From a virus: a DNA stretch of 64,000 bases. A program made the translations under genes and the position numbers. Below the pieces are notes generated by a model. It searched no databases. It was not told the DNA's origin and saw nothing but the letters and a program-made list of their open reading frames with translations. Below, piece after piece: positions 43,257 through 55,650 of this stretch. Positions within the stretch are counted from its first letter, which is position 1. Every line of letters starts with the position of its first letter. The stretch is from the IMG/VR virus record IMGVR_UViG_3300005732_000005, positions 76,375 to 140,374 of that record. The stretch is one strand, 5' to 3'.

Positions 43257-43500
43257 ATAGGGTGCAGGGAAAGCAGAGCTTTCTTTACGTCACCACCCTG
43301 ATACTTGGTTAATCCTGTATAAACCACTAGGTTTGATTAGGTTCGAAACTGATCACTATAAACGCTTAGAGGCAAAGCCTCAACGCTTAGGACTGAATCC
43401 GTTTAGTGGATAGCGTTAGCTATCTTCAGTATGTGGCATCACAATTTTCTTGACTAGCCAAATCTTCTAATACTTGTTGTATTGGGTGAAGTTCATCCCA
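43257..43500 (+). ncRNA. candidate structured non-coding RNA
   Basis: ORF-free, GC-enriched, behind TGTTATAAT (43243-43251); several nested stems and a T-loop-like GGUUCGAAAC. Confidence 0.6.
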
Positions 43501-43502
43501 TC

Positions 43503-46438
43503 TTAAAGGGTGTTTAATTTCCATTCTTCCTCCATACACTCTTTCATTCTTAAAGTTGTAGCATCATTCAAATACCAAGTATCAAAAGGTAGTTTACCTT
43601 GTTCACGTTCACTTAGTTCCAAATTAGCTAACCAAATCTTTGCATTAGTAAGGGCTGTGAAATTAGGATTACCCTTCCCTTTACCAATTGTATTATAATC
43701 AATAATTTGTTGACATTTTTCTCTTGTTACAATCACACCCACCTCCTCCAAAATTTCCAATCTTTATAAATAATCTGCCCGTTAAAGTGTACCTCTTTGA
43801 ACCGAGATAAATCTTGGACAGAATAACCTTGCTCATAATATGTATCTTGGTCAGTTGTTGTATAAAGTTTACCACTGTGAATTAATTGTTCACACCAAAA
43901 ATGTTCCACATTATGTCCGATAATAATTCTTGAAACATTAACAATACCTGTCCAAGTTATAGTTGTCAAGTAAGCATATTGTTTTTCACTAGTATCATTT
44001 TGCATAAAACTTTCCTTTGTCACAATAATTGCATGGTAACTTCTGAGGTTTTTGCCAACGGTAAATTGTCATTCCGTCTAGTTTATATCCTTCAGTGTAT
44101 CCTTTATCTTTGCAGTGTTTACATTTTGGTTCACTCACTCTCCCACTCCTTAAACTGTTCTTCCAAGAACTCTACTGCATAAGGATCATTTGTTTGGAAA
44201 CTACTATTGGAAAGCAATTCTTTGCAGAAACCCTCCAATACAGAAAATTTATCTTCAACAGGTGTTTTTGCCGAAGGTAGTTTATCTTTATAGTCTCCCC
44301 ATTTAGGATTCCAATCTTTCCCAATAATCAATCGTGCTCGCCAGTCTGACATATCCGCATAACGACCACTTTCATCAACAATAGTTACACTTACAGAATC
44401 AATTCCATCTACATGACGTTCAATCTGTTCTTGGATTTCTGCTGCTTGTGAAAGGCATTCTTTGATGGTACGTGACATACCTCCCATACTAATACATCCA
44501 AAATCACCTGCACTTTTAGGAGTGAGTTCTAAAGTAAAATCGAAACACACCATTTTTGTCATCATAATAACTCATCACCTTCTTCCTCCACTATCAATAC
44601 ATTTCTTGCACATCACTTTATCAAAAGCTTTCCCCGTTAACAAGGAACTCTTTCCACAATAGTCACATTTTCTTCTAACACTCACTATTGCTAAGAGGAA
44701 AACTGTTATACAAATAAGAGCTACGATACTCATATTACATTCCCAAAGCTGTCATAAACATTCGGAAAATAAAGGATGCCACAACTAAAAATACCACTAT
44801 CACTACAGGTAGTGCAAAGAATAAAATAAATGTAGTACACACCTTATCACTTAAATTATCTTCGTTGTGGTAACTTATAACTAAGCATATACAAAACCAT
44901 ACGCAACCTATAATAGCAATACTTTGCTCATCCATCACACAACCTCCAACCTATTCACTTCAGCAAGCTTCTCTTTTGCATCTTCAACCTCTTGTTCAAG
45001 TTCACGGATCTCTAACTTCAGATTACGAACCTTGTCAGCATATGTATCAATAGTGAAACGACAACGTTGTGTGATACGAATCTTCTCTTCTTTGGTGATA
45101 GTTTTAACATTACTCATCAAATCTCTCCCTCTTTAATCATCTTAACGATTTTACTAATTTCTGCAGCAATTCCTGTTTCTGGCAGGGTGTCTGTATTATG
45201 GATAAGCTCACCATCTCGGTATACATATAAACAATGACCATATTGCTGAATGACACAATCCTTATAAATTTGAATATTGTGCATCTACCTTCCCTCCTCA
45301 AAACGTTCTTCCGAAATAACACCTATATCACTATTCATACACTCCAAAACTACCTCACTAGGATAATGTCCATGAGTAGATTTAAAATCCTCTTGAACAC
45401 TTACTCTCAGCCAATCCTTTGCAAGAGCTTCACCTTTATCAGTCCACTTCTGAGGAGGTAACTCTACCTCAATCCCAATCTTCTTGTCAACAACTTTCAC
45501 TTTAAAAATATATTCTTTCACACATCCTCCTCAAACCCTCTCAAACACTCCTGACGCTTCTTATGTTTCTTTAAGGAACGTTCGTCCTTTCCACAAGAGA
45601 TATCCTCTCCAGAAGCTTCCTGCTTACTAGAATTAATCTTTTCTAGTATGTTTTCCTTAAAAGGTTTATATGTATCCCCTTGTTCAGCCATCCCTGCCAA
45701 ATAAATCATCCCTTTCTTAGACAACACTTTCAGCATCTCATATTGCCAAGCGTTATACTTTCTTTTGAGGTAGGACATTATTTGCAAGTTCTTCTTTGCA
45801 ATAGAAAGTTGACTCTTGAGAGCAGTGTTATCTTCTTCAAGTTCACGGATTCTCTCTAGGTAATGTTCGTTCTTCATAGACATACTCATTCTCCTACAAT
45901 TTAATTGTTTCAAGGTTATTTGTCTTCAATTTACGCATCAGTTCTTCAAATGTCAAGTCCGAAAGTTCATCCCCATCAGGGTTTATTTTCTTGAGCTTAT
46001 CTTCTGAACAAGCGATAATATTCCCCTCTTTAGTTGTGAATGGTAAGAACCAACCAAATTCGTAATCGTTTTTTAACGGGTTATAATATTTACTAGATTC
46101 ATTCAGTACAAACCTCTTACCTAACAAACTCTTGTTTTTGTGCTGATGAACATAAATAATCTCCACCAAATCACCTTTCTTGAATTTCATTATTTCTTCC
46201 TCCAAAGTTTCTTATTTTGTTGCTGCTTCACCCAAAAATGTTCTTCTTCTAGTATACCGTCTTTTGGTAGAAGGAGTGTAACCGAGTCACATATCAATCC
46301 TTCTTCAGGAATACCTACAACCACTACCTCTTTTCCCGCAACCTTTAGTGCAGTAATAATATCTTCTGAGTAAACAACATCCTCATCTGCTGTAAAACTT
46401 ACATAAATCTTTTCTTCGTACATAATTATTTCCTCCAA
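43503..46438 (-). CDS. run of about 10 small hypothetical genes
   Basis: head-to-tail ORFs with RBS; divergent promoter region at ~46440-46620. Confidence 0.55.
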
Positions 46439-46632
46439 TCAACTTGCCAACAAATCTATCTCACAAATATTCCTGTGTCAAATATTATTTTCGGTAAACT
46501 TTAATTTACTTATAAATGTTTTGTAAGAGGTATTCCTCTTAAAGTAAAATATATTTTCCCAAGTAAAGTTGTTGACAAGGAGAATATGTTTGGTAAGATG
46601 TGTCTTGTTGAAACGAATTAGGAGAGTAAATA

Positions 46633-47442
46633 ATGATGAATAAACAATTAATACACAACAGCATACAGTGCCCTGATGGAACTATCCTTGTGTCTAAACA
46701 CAGGTATGATTTTAAACAGCACATTCAAGAAGATGGAAGAGAGTACTTTGTAGATGGAGGAGTAGATTATCAAAGAGTAGGTCACTCCGATGACGAGTGG
46801 ATTAATCTATCAGTGTATGTAGGTGATGCACATGGCAAAATTAGAGAAGTTTTCACTTGGACTAGACAACTAGACGCCAACGGAAATGTATTACCAGAAC
46901 CAGAAGTTGTTTTATTAAAAGATATTACTGATGACCACCTGAACGCTTTGGTAGAATGGACTCTTGACGGATATCCTGATTATATCAATAGTGTTTTTGT
47001 TGAAGAAGTTAACTGGAGAAAGGGAGAATAAGTAATGAATATCAAAGAATTTTACACAGCAAATTTTAAGCAACAAGTGGAAGAAAGAAATAAACCTATC
47101 GACACAACTCAGCTTCAATTAGATAGTGTCCAACTATTTATGGAACAACTTGGGTATAAATTGCACCACCCTCAAAAAGATTACCCTTCTCTATGGAAAG
47201 GTTTTATTAGAAAGGTTGATATTGAAGGCGTGTTGTTACCAAAGTGCCTGAGTTTTCAATACACCTGTCGTTTACATAACGCTGTTACAGAGAAAGAGTA
47301 CCAGTTTACAGGTGCAGTAGCTAATTTCCCTGTAAACGTACTTATTTCCGCTTGCAAAGCTAAATTAGTTGAAAAAGTTTATTTACAACGAAAAGGTAAA
47401 AGTGTTAAAGTACAACAACATTGGGTAAAATTAGTAGATTAG
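46633..47442 (+). CDS. two hypothetical proteins (46633-47031, 47035-47442)
   Basis: first has a SKHRYDF...FVDGG.DY.R conserved phage motif; TTGACA..TAAGAT promoter upstream. Confidence 0.6.
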
Positions 47443-47878
47443 GAGATGCTTATTATGAGTAACAGGTTAGATATTAAGATTTTAGGTGTGACTGTATGAC
47501 ATCATTTCAATATGATCAGTGAACATACGAAAGATAAGGGTAATTTAGATTGGAACTTGTTAGTGAATAGTGGTACACAGATTGTAACAAGAGAAGTTTG
47601 GGGGCATACTTATGAAATTGTTTTTAGTTATTGCCCTTATGAGGAAATTCTTATAGCAGAGTGTGTAAGATGAAAATTAAACAAACATACGTCAGAACCT
47701 TTAACCCTGCAGAAGCCTCCTATGCAAGTATCAGGACTGCAGCATGGTATCCTGTCACAAAAGCTGGTGTTTGGGGTGGAGGTAGAATAGTCAATAACAA
47801 TGGCGAGGTATATTATATAGATTTGCATAGTGTAGAAGTATGCCCTTATTGGGAAATTAAAACTGTGGAGGTGGAGTT

Positions 47879-48394
47879 GTGAAAATGAAACACTTCCTTA
47901 CAATATTACTTATCTTCTCAGGAATGTCTATGGCAAAAGATTGTTCTAAGTGGTATGATTTATCAGATGAACAAAGATATCGTCTCCAGTGGGCATATAG
48001 CTATGGTAAACAGTATGATCTAGGGTGGAGTATGTCTTCAATAGCGTGGCACGAATCTAAGGCAGGGGTGTATAAAGTCAACAGTAATTCTCAAGACTAT
48101 GGCATCTTCCAAGTGAATATTACTACGGCAAGCGACATCTTGGGGGTGTCAGGTTATTGGAATAAGCAAGCCCTTATTACAAGAATGGTTGTTGATGATG
48201 AGTTTAATGCTTACTTAGCTCTACACGTATTGCAACATTTCCAGAAAACAAGAAAGTCTTGGAAGAGTGTTATTAGGTCATACAATGAAGGTAACAAATG
48301 GCTAAGGGATGAAAAATCTTCAAAGAAAAGTCTTGACTATTACCAAAAGATACGTAACAATGTGGTTACTTTGAGACAGTGTAGTGGATTTTAA
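47879..48394 (+). CDS. lytic transglycosylase (SLT-like) with N-terminal signal
   Basis: IAWHES (catalytic E), DYGIFQVN, RSYNEG. Confidence 0.85.
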   Translation: MKMKHFLTILLIFSGMSMAKDCSKWYDLSDEQRYRLQWAYSYGKQYDLGWSMSSIAWHESKAGVYKVNSNSQDYGIFQVNITTASDILGVSGYWNKQALITRMVVDDEFNAYLALHVLQHFQKTRKSWKSVIRSYNEGNKWLRDEKSSKKSLDYYQKIRNNVVTLRQCSGF

Positions 48395-48478
48395 GGGGAG
48401 CAAATGTACCACTTAGCAATAAAACAACTTTACAAACAACAATCTGAACAACAGAAAACTTTAGAGGAGAAATAACTT

Positions 48479-50530
48479 ATGGCGGATTATGATTACAACT
48501 TAGCAAAACAAACTATTCAGAAATATTCAGACCTACTGGAAGAAGCATCGCTTGGTATGGCAGAAGATTGGTTTTGGACAGCAGAAACTGTTTACGAAGA
48601 AGGTGTGTTTAAAATTAATTTAGATGAAGAAAATCTAATGATTGCAGGTATCGGGGGATCTACTTGGGCAACACCTACATTAAGCTTAAAGTTTAAAGAT
48701 GGCTCGGAAAAACTACTACCTTGTTATACAGGTGAAACAGATATTACTAAACGTCCTGAATGGTTAGAATTAGGTTGTTTGTCACAGCCTTGCCAAGATG
48801 AAATGGATAAGAAGCTAGGTAAGTACTTAAACTAAAGGAGAAATAGATTATGGAATTCTTGAAATACCTGTACTTTAGTTTTAACCCTTTCCACAAACCA
48901 AGATTTAAAATTGGTGACAAGGTGCAAGAGAAGCCTAAGATTGTTTTTGAGGAGGAGGTTGTAGATTACAAAAAGATTCGCACAATAGCAAATATCTCCA
49001 CTTGTGGAAAACATTATAAACTTTATGATTTTATGGAATGTGAATCAAAATCTTCTGTAGCTTACACCGATGCAACACACCGACTAGTTGAGGAGGAGAA
49101 ATAATATGAATTTCAAAGAAAAACTGCAGTCAATCTACACAGCACCTTCTGAAGAAGAGATCCTTGATATGCAAGACTTTCTTCATCGACACGTAGAATA
49201 TTGTTTTAAAGAGGGTGTTGATTCAAGAAGAATTCTTATTTCAAGTGAAGAATTTATGAGGAATGATATTGACTCGAAGAAGTTTATCAAGTATCTTGAA
49301 CAGGAAGATATCGAGCACGAAGTTGGTAGGACAAATGCTTTGAGTAAAATTGAGAATGTTGTGATTGATTTGGAGGTGTAAGAGATGAGTACAGAGAAGA
49401 AATATTTATCAGATGGTCGTAAAGTTGTAGTTATTGGCTCTATCAACAAAACAGAATATATTGTGCAAGAGGTGTATGTTACTGAGGATGGTAGTGAGAT
49501 CCCAAGTGGTGAAAACTTTACAGCAAAGAATCTTCTTGATGAACCAGCTAAATCTTGGAAAGAGAAAGAAGCTGAGAAAATTGAGAAACAATTAGAGGAT
49601 TGGAAACTTGAGAAAAAGAAGCTTGACACGGAGATCCGTAACCTTAAACAAAAGCGTCTTGCACATAGTACCTTATTACAATCAAATGAGAAGTTTTTAG
49701 AATTGTTCGAAGGTTGTGATACAGAATTTATGGCTGACCTAATGACAGGTAATATGAAATATGTTATGCCTAAAGAGGATGCTTATTCACGTTTCGAAGT
49801 GAAAACTTTTGAAGAGGCAGTATATCGTTTTGAACGTCAATACTATGATGATGTTTATACTTTTGAAGGTATTCGTATGATTTCAGTAATGGCCGCTAAA
49901 GGAAGTAATTACCCTTCAGATAGAAAGTTTCATGCAAAGATTCACACTTACCAAGATGGTAGTGGTGGTAGTCGAGAACACGATTTCTTCAAGGACTTGG
50001 AATCTGTTAAAGAGGAACTTACTAAACGTATGTATAACCTTTTAAAGGAACGTAACAAGAAGAGTGATAAACCTTCTGCAACCACGCCTCGGACAACATT
50101 AACCTTTAAAGAGATTGCTGATCTTGAAAAGTGGATTATTGTTCCAGAGGAACTAAAGGAAGCTTCTAAAGAAGAAGATGTTCGTTTGGCAAAGGTTCGT
50201 TATGAAGAAGCTATTAAACGTGCAGAGGAGCAGTTTAATAAAGAAATTGGGGAGGTGTAGAGTATGTGGCTTAATTTATTTTTAATTTATGTTGGAAGTG
50301 TATTAATCTTGCTGGGGATGTTGAAACTTAGTAATAATAGTGATACTTTCCGAGAGTGGAGTTGTATTGGTCATAACGATAATTATAATACGTTGGTTAA
50401 TACTTCTCTTGTTCCTGTGATTAACACTTTTATGTGCATAATTATTGTGATGGCAGCTTTAATTAATACAGCTTTCAAAAGTGGATTTGGTAGTAAGATT
50501 GGCAATTTTATTAAGAAGATTGTGGAGTGA
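48479..50530 (+). CDS. hypothetical genes (48479-48835, 48850-49104, 49106-49381, 49385-50260, 50264-50530)
   Basis: ORFs with RBS; 49385 is a coiled-coil protein, 50264 has two TM segments. Confidence 0.6.
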
Positions 50531-50596
50531 GTATGAACCTTTTAAACACATATAAAACTAATCTCTGCAGAAATGCTTTGGAACACTGGAGGGTTT

Positions 50597-51496
50597 ATGG
50601 CTACAAGTAAAGTATTTACTAAAGGGAAGAGATACTTCTCGGAAAAGTATGGTTGGGCACAGATTGTTGAGTACAGAGATAAGTATGACGTACTTATAAG
50701 ATTTGATAGGACAGGTACTATATCTTCTGTAACTTGTGCTTCGTTAAGAGGGTGTTCTTTTCAGGATCTCAACCAACCTACCTTACTTGGTGTAGGTTAC
50801 AGAGGTTATGGGAAGTACTCTACGAGAAGTTCTGATAAGAACGGTAAATCAAGTTCATACCTCTACTGGCAAAGGATGTTAAGACGTTGTTATGACCCCA
50901 AGTGTGCTGATTATAAAGATTATGGTGCGAAGGGTATTACTGTTTGTAAAGAGTGGCATAACTTTCAGAATTTTTCTGAGTGGTTTTATTCTCAAAAGAA
51001 CCATACAAGGAAAGGTTACCATTTAGATAAAGATCTAACTGTTAGAGGTAATAAGATCTATTGTGCAAAGGCTTGTAATTTAATACCCGCAGAGTTAAAC
51101 ATTATGAATATAGATAAGATTGCAAAAAAGTTTTCCGTTAGTTCAGCAGGTAATTACAGGTTCAGTTCTAGGGAAGGTGGGTATTACTCTTCTTACGAAG
51201 AGTGTAAAAAGGAGTATACTAAGTTTAAAAGAATTAAACTGGGAAACCTGATAATTAAAAACTATGAGGAAGGTTTGATACCTTATGAAGTTTACAAGAA
51301 TCTTCTATTTATATTGAATGATAATTTTCCCTCTGAAAGTGTAGATGAGTTTTCTTTATGTAATATGGACACACCAGAAGATACGGTGAAAGATATTATA
51401 GATCTTTTACCAGAAGTTAATGCACCAGAGGGGTGTTACCATCTTTTGAATAAACTAGTGGGTAAGGTTGAATGGGATAACAAACATTATAAATAA
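50597..51496 (+). mobile_element. HNH homing endonuclease
   Basis: WQRMLRRCY...YGAKGITVCKEWHNFQNFSEW...HLDKDL...N..Y....CNLIPAELN. Confidence 0.8.
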
Positions 51497-51596
51497 CCTC
51501 AAAAACTAATTGCTTTATTGAAAGAGGTTCTTCATACTAGAGTCTCTTTCTTAATAATACAATTCATAAATAGATAAGTTTTTACAGGAGAAAATT

Positions 51597-52807
51597 ATGA
51601 AACAATTTAATGAAGATTTTTACACTGCAGATTTTGACCAAGAAATGGTTGATTTCTTACTAAGAGAGGGTCATGCTGTGACAGGTCAACAACAAACTCT
51701 GAAACCAGATACGAAGGATAAATATTTAAAATACAGTAAAGCTGTTGGTTGTTTTTGGACAGACAGTTTTGGTGTGTTTAAGTTTAGACACCTAACAAAA
51801 CAACAATTTAAGGAGAAAATCGGCATGACAGAAAAATCATCTGAAAAGAAAATCAAACATTGGTTAGTGGAAACTTTACCAGAAAATACTACCTGCCACC
51901 CGAAGAGTTTTATTGCAACTAACCTGAGCGAGTCTGGTTCAAGTTTCTACGGAGAAAAATCTACAGGTGATTGGTTCGATTGTTACAAACTTCGTTGGAA
52001 ATATACCCCTGTTTACGAAGAAACTGTTTCTCAAGAAGATTATTCTCAAGATAACCCTTTCACAAAGAGTATGCTTAAGAGTGGTCAAGTTGTGGACCTT
52101 AAAGAAGATTGTGTTCATAATAGGGGTATTGTGATTGAAGACAAAATATTATTTGAAGATGGGATTCTAAGTTTAGATTCTTTTACCTCTGATTTAGAAT
52201 TTAAAGATGAATGGATGCGTGAGTTAGGGATAATCAAGGTTTTTGTTACAGGAAGACATTTCGGACTAAGAGACCTATCTTCTGGAGAAAACCTCACACT
52301 TATCTGGCAACGAGAAACTCCTGAGCAAGCACAGAAACGCCTCAAGAGAGAGGAACTTGAGAAGAAAGTGTGTTTGCTTAAAGAAGAGCTTAAACAGGCT
52401 GAGAATGAATTGAAGGAGGTTTGATATGTGGTATATTAAGAATGAAGAAGGTTTGTATTATGCAGGTTATACTAACGGATGTGTAATTTGGAAAAGTCAT
52501 TGGTCGAGAGCTTATTACTCTGGAGATATGGGTTACCTTCACGGAGTGGTAGATACTTTGACAGAGGTCATTGGTTTAGAAGGTTTAACAGTGGAGTGGG
52601 AAGATGAGTAAAACATACCATACAGTAGTAAGACGGACTTTTATAAAAGATGGCTTATTACAAGAAGAATATAAACGCTTAGAAGATGACTATTATGAGA
52701 GTGCAGATTACTATGAAAAATATTACTCTGATTCTTGGAGTTATCCTGATACAATAAGTGCTGTTGTAGTTAATCAGTTTGTTACAGAGGATAGTGATGA
52801 TGAGTAA
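51597..52807 (+). CDS. hypothetical genes (51597-52424, 52426-52611, 52604-52807)
   Basis: ORFs with RBS. Confidence 0.55.
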
Positions 52808-53429
52808 AATTAACGCACTCTCCCATCAAAATGAACTTATCTTTACAGACCACCCTTACACAATAATCAACTGGGATAGAATGGCAGGTGCAACAACAGG
52901 TATGTTCTTGAAATGGATATGTTCTCAACAAAGCGTCTTGATGGTAGATGAAAGGGATGTAAGATTTTATACGTGCTGTTACTTCTTGAAGGAGCTTGGT
53001 TTAGAGTTTAATGTTGGCGGAGATAGAGTATACGGGTACAGAAGAATTATTTTGAAAGACACTTTGTTGTCGATAGATTTTTACAATTACAAAAGTTTTC
53101 TTGAGACAATACACTATTTACGGCCAAATCAAACTCTATGGTTAATTGATAATGTTGATATGTATTTCAATGATAGAGAAGTGGAATCGATTATTAACAG
53201 GCTTAATTATAAGCAACAAATTGTATTTTCTTGTGACAGGAATAATCTTGGTTGGAGACATTTAGAATACAATCGTGGTGAAGCAGTTTTTGATGACAAA
53301 GGTAATCTTGTTGTAATGGAGTATTCTTGGGATAGGTGTCTTATTGATTGGAAGCATAATGATCTGAAGAGACATTTTGCTACAAAGGTAGGAGAGGAAT
53401 TTTATAAGATGGGAGTGAGGGTGTTATGA
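52797..53429 (+). CDS. degenerate terminase-large-subunit-like ATPase domain protein
   Basis: HQNELIFTD..YTIINWDRMAGATT (Q motif plus Walker A without Lys), WLIDNVD (Walker B without Glu), IINRL...IVFSCD. Confidence 0.4.
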   Translation: MMSKINALSHQNELIFTDHPYTIINWDRMAGATTGMFLKWICSQQSVLMVDERDVRFYTCCYFLKELGLEFNVGGDRVYGYRRIILKDTLLSIDFYNYKSFLETIHYLRPNQTLWLIDNVDMYFNDREVESIINRLNYKQQIVFSCDRNNLGWRHLEYNRGEAVFDDKGNLVVMEYSWDRCLIDWKHNDLKRHFATKVGEEFYKMGVRVL

Positions 53430-53626
53430 GTATACGCCAATAATGGAGCTATGCAGAGGGTATAAAAACACACTTAACTTATTGAATCTTATAAAGAAAA
53501 TGACCTCTCTGAGATTTGAAATCTTCTATAACAGAGTGCTGTTAGGCATTTACGACAGTAAAACCTCTTTTAAAAGGGTGATAATATTAAAATCAGGTAA
53601 TTAAACGTAATTAAGGAGCTTAAGGT

Positions 53627-53950
53627 ATGATTTTTAAAAAGGATAAATGGTATGTTTATTTCTTCAGGAGTGGTAAAACACATAACTATAAAATAGGTTA
53701 TTCTAAAAACCCTCATCAAAGGTGGATAGACCTTCAAACAGGTAATCCATACTTAATATATCGTATAGGGTATATAGAATTACCTTCAGAATTTTTGGCT
53801 AGAAAGGTTGAGAGTAGGTTGCACAGTAAGCTGACAAAGAAAGGAAAACATGTATTAGGTGAATGGTTTTGGTTAAAAGGTGAAAGCATTCCTAAACTTA
53901 TTGAATCTATTGGTTCAGACCCTAAAAGCTTTATAGAAGATGATTCTTAA
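53627..53950 (+). CDS. GIY-YIG (T5orf172/MUG113-like) protein
   Basis: YVYFFR...YKIGYSKNP.QR..DLQTGNP...VE..LH....GEWF. Confidence 0.85.
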   Translation: MIFKKDKWYVYFFRSGKTHNYKIGYSKNPHQRWIDLQTGNPYLIYRIGYIELPSEFLARKVESRLHSKLTKKGKHVLGEWFWLKGESIPKLIESIGSDPKSFIEDDS

Positions 53951-54030
53951 CCCCAATCCAATTTTTCACTTGACAGTTATTTCTAGAGAGTGTAACCTTA
54001 TTGGCAAGTTAATTATTGAGGAGAATAATT

Positions 54031-54429
54031 ATGAATCGATATACGCTAGCTAGAGACTTTTCTAACTATATCACCGACCTTTGTAAGAGATATAAAATAA
54101 TTAATAATGATGTTGGAATAAACGTCAACTTTATTTTTGAAAAACACCTGATGGATAGGATTATAGATAGGAAGATAGAAGATACAACAGTAAAGAGGTG
54201 TATTGAGAAGATTATAAAATTCAAAGTTTGCGAGCTTATATATCTTTGTGAATCCTCAGGAAAAGACCACACTAGGGTTTTGTGTAGGTATAGAGATTAT
54301 GTAGTAGGTGTGACAATGTGTAAGACTCGTAACGGTAATTACCGAGCAAAGATAAACACTATCTATTTAGAAAGAAAAAGAGTCAATGGGCGAGAAATAA
54401 GTACTTTTGAAATAGATATTACAAACTAA
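54031..54429 (+). CDS. hypothetical protein, possible BECR-type RNase fold
   Basis: KHLMDRIIDR...INTIY pattern. Confidence 0.35.
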   Translation: MNRYTLARDFSNYITDLCKRYKIINNDVGINVNFIFEKHLMDRIIDRKIEDTTVKRCIEKIIKFKVCELIYLCESSGKDHTRVLCRYRDYVVGVTMCKTRNGNYRAKINTIYLERKRVNGREISTFEIDITN

Positions 54430-54466
54430 TTAAAATATTAACATTAAACTTATTAGGAGAGAGAAA

Positions 54467-55579
54467 ATGACAAATCCAACAAACTACAAGTTCCACAGCA
54501 CTAATCAATTCCGCAATGTTGTGAAGAACATTAAACACGCATCACAATATAAAGGTTTTAATGCAGAAAAGAATGAACCTATTATTGATCGTAATGCTGT
54601 TGCACCAAGACTATCCTACATCGGAACAGTAAAACTGCACGGTACAAACGGTTCTGTTGTAAAACATGAAAATGGGGATATCAGTTTCCACTCAAAGAAT
54701 AATCTTCTAGGTTATATCCGTGACGGAGAGTTTACCCTACTGTCTGACAATGCTGAGTTTGCACAGTCAATGTTTAGACGTAAAGAAGAACTTGAAGATA
54801 TTATCCGTGTAGTAGAACGTAAAGTAAAAGGTTTATATGGTGAAGTGACCTACCCTTTCAAGTTATCAGGAGAATATTGTGGTCAAGGAATCCAAAAAGG
54901 TGTAGGTATTTCTTACCTCGATAAGCGCTCTTGGTTTATCTTTGGTGTCAAGGTTGGTGAGACGGATCAGGAAAACAAGATAGGTTGGTTAAGTGTAAGT
55001 CACTTAGAAGGGATCACTGATAACTCATCTCACGAAAAAGGTATTTACTCTATTACAGATTTTCCAGTATTCAAGGTTGATATCGACTTTCAAAATCCTG
55101 AATACAGTCAGAACAAGTTAGTAGAGTTTACAGAGATGGTTGAGAACTGTTGTCCTGTAAGTGAAGTTCTTGGTCTTAAGAATAGTGATGGAGAGCCGCA
55201 ACGCCTTGGTGAGGGTTTAGTTTGGACACCTGTTAGTGAAGATTATTGCTATGACTCGGGTAACTTTTTCAAAACTAAAGGTAAGAAGCACTCTGTATCT
55301 AAAGTTAAATCTGTAGCTGCAGTTTGTCCTGAAAAGCTAGAGTCTATTCAAAAGTTTGTTGAATATAGTGTTACTGATAACCGATTAGAACAAGGTATTC
55401 AAGAAGTAGGTCTTGACCAGAAACTTATCGGACAGTATATTGGCTGGGTAAATCGTGATGTCAACAAGGAGGAAGCAGATACTTTAGAAGCTTCTAATCT
55501 TACAATGAAAGATGTTGGTAAGAAGATTAGTGATAAAGCTCGTCAGTTCTACCTTGATAGGTTAAACAATAATTTTTAA
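54467..55579 (+). CDS. RNA ligase 2 (Rnl2 family)
   Basis: motif I KLHGTN, GEYCG, FIFG, GEGLVW, FKTKG. Confidence 0.85.
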   Translation: MTNPTNYKFHSTNQFRNVVKNIKHASQYKGFNAEKNEPIIDRNAVAPRLSYIGTVKLHGTNGSVVKHENGDISFHSKNNLLGYIRDGEFTLLSDNAEFAQSMFRRKEELEDIIRVVERKVKGLYGEVTYPFKLSGEYCGQGIQKGVGISYLDKRSWFIFGVKVGETDQENKIGWLSVSHLEGITDNSSHEKGIYSITDFPVFKVDIDFQNPEYSQNKLVEFTEMVENCCPVSEVLGLKNSDGEPQRLGEGLVWTPVSEDYCYDSGNFFKTKGKKHSVSKVKSVAAVCPEKLESIQKFVEYSVTDNRLEQGIQEVGLDQKLIGQYIGWVNRDVNKEEADTLEASNLTMKDVGKKISDKARQFYLDRLNNNF

Positions 55580-55650
55580 ATAAACACTTTACAAAAGAAG
55601 CTTGGTGAGGTATGATTCTTATCAAGCTTTTATTTTATGAGGAGAATAAT

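Noticed and set aside
43330-43360. tRNA gene suggested by GGTTCGAAAC
   Set aside because: No acceptor stem, D arm or anticodon arm in cloverleaf spacing; kept only as a T-loop-like motif in the ncRNA candidate
44995-45850. 15-bp direct repeat TTCAAGTTCACGGAT
   Set aside because: Both copies encode IRELE in coiled-coil proteins; no sign of att sites or a mobile element
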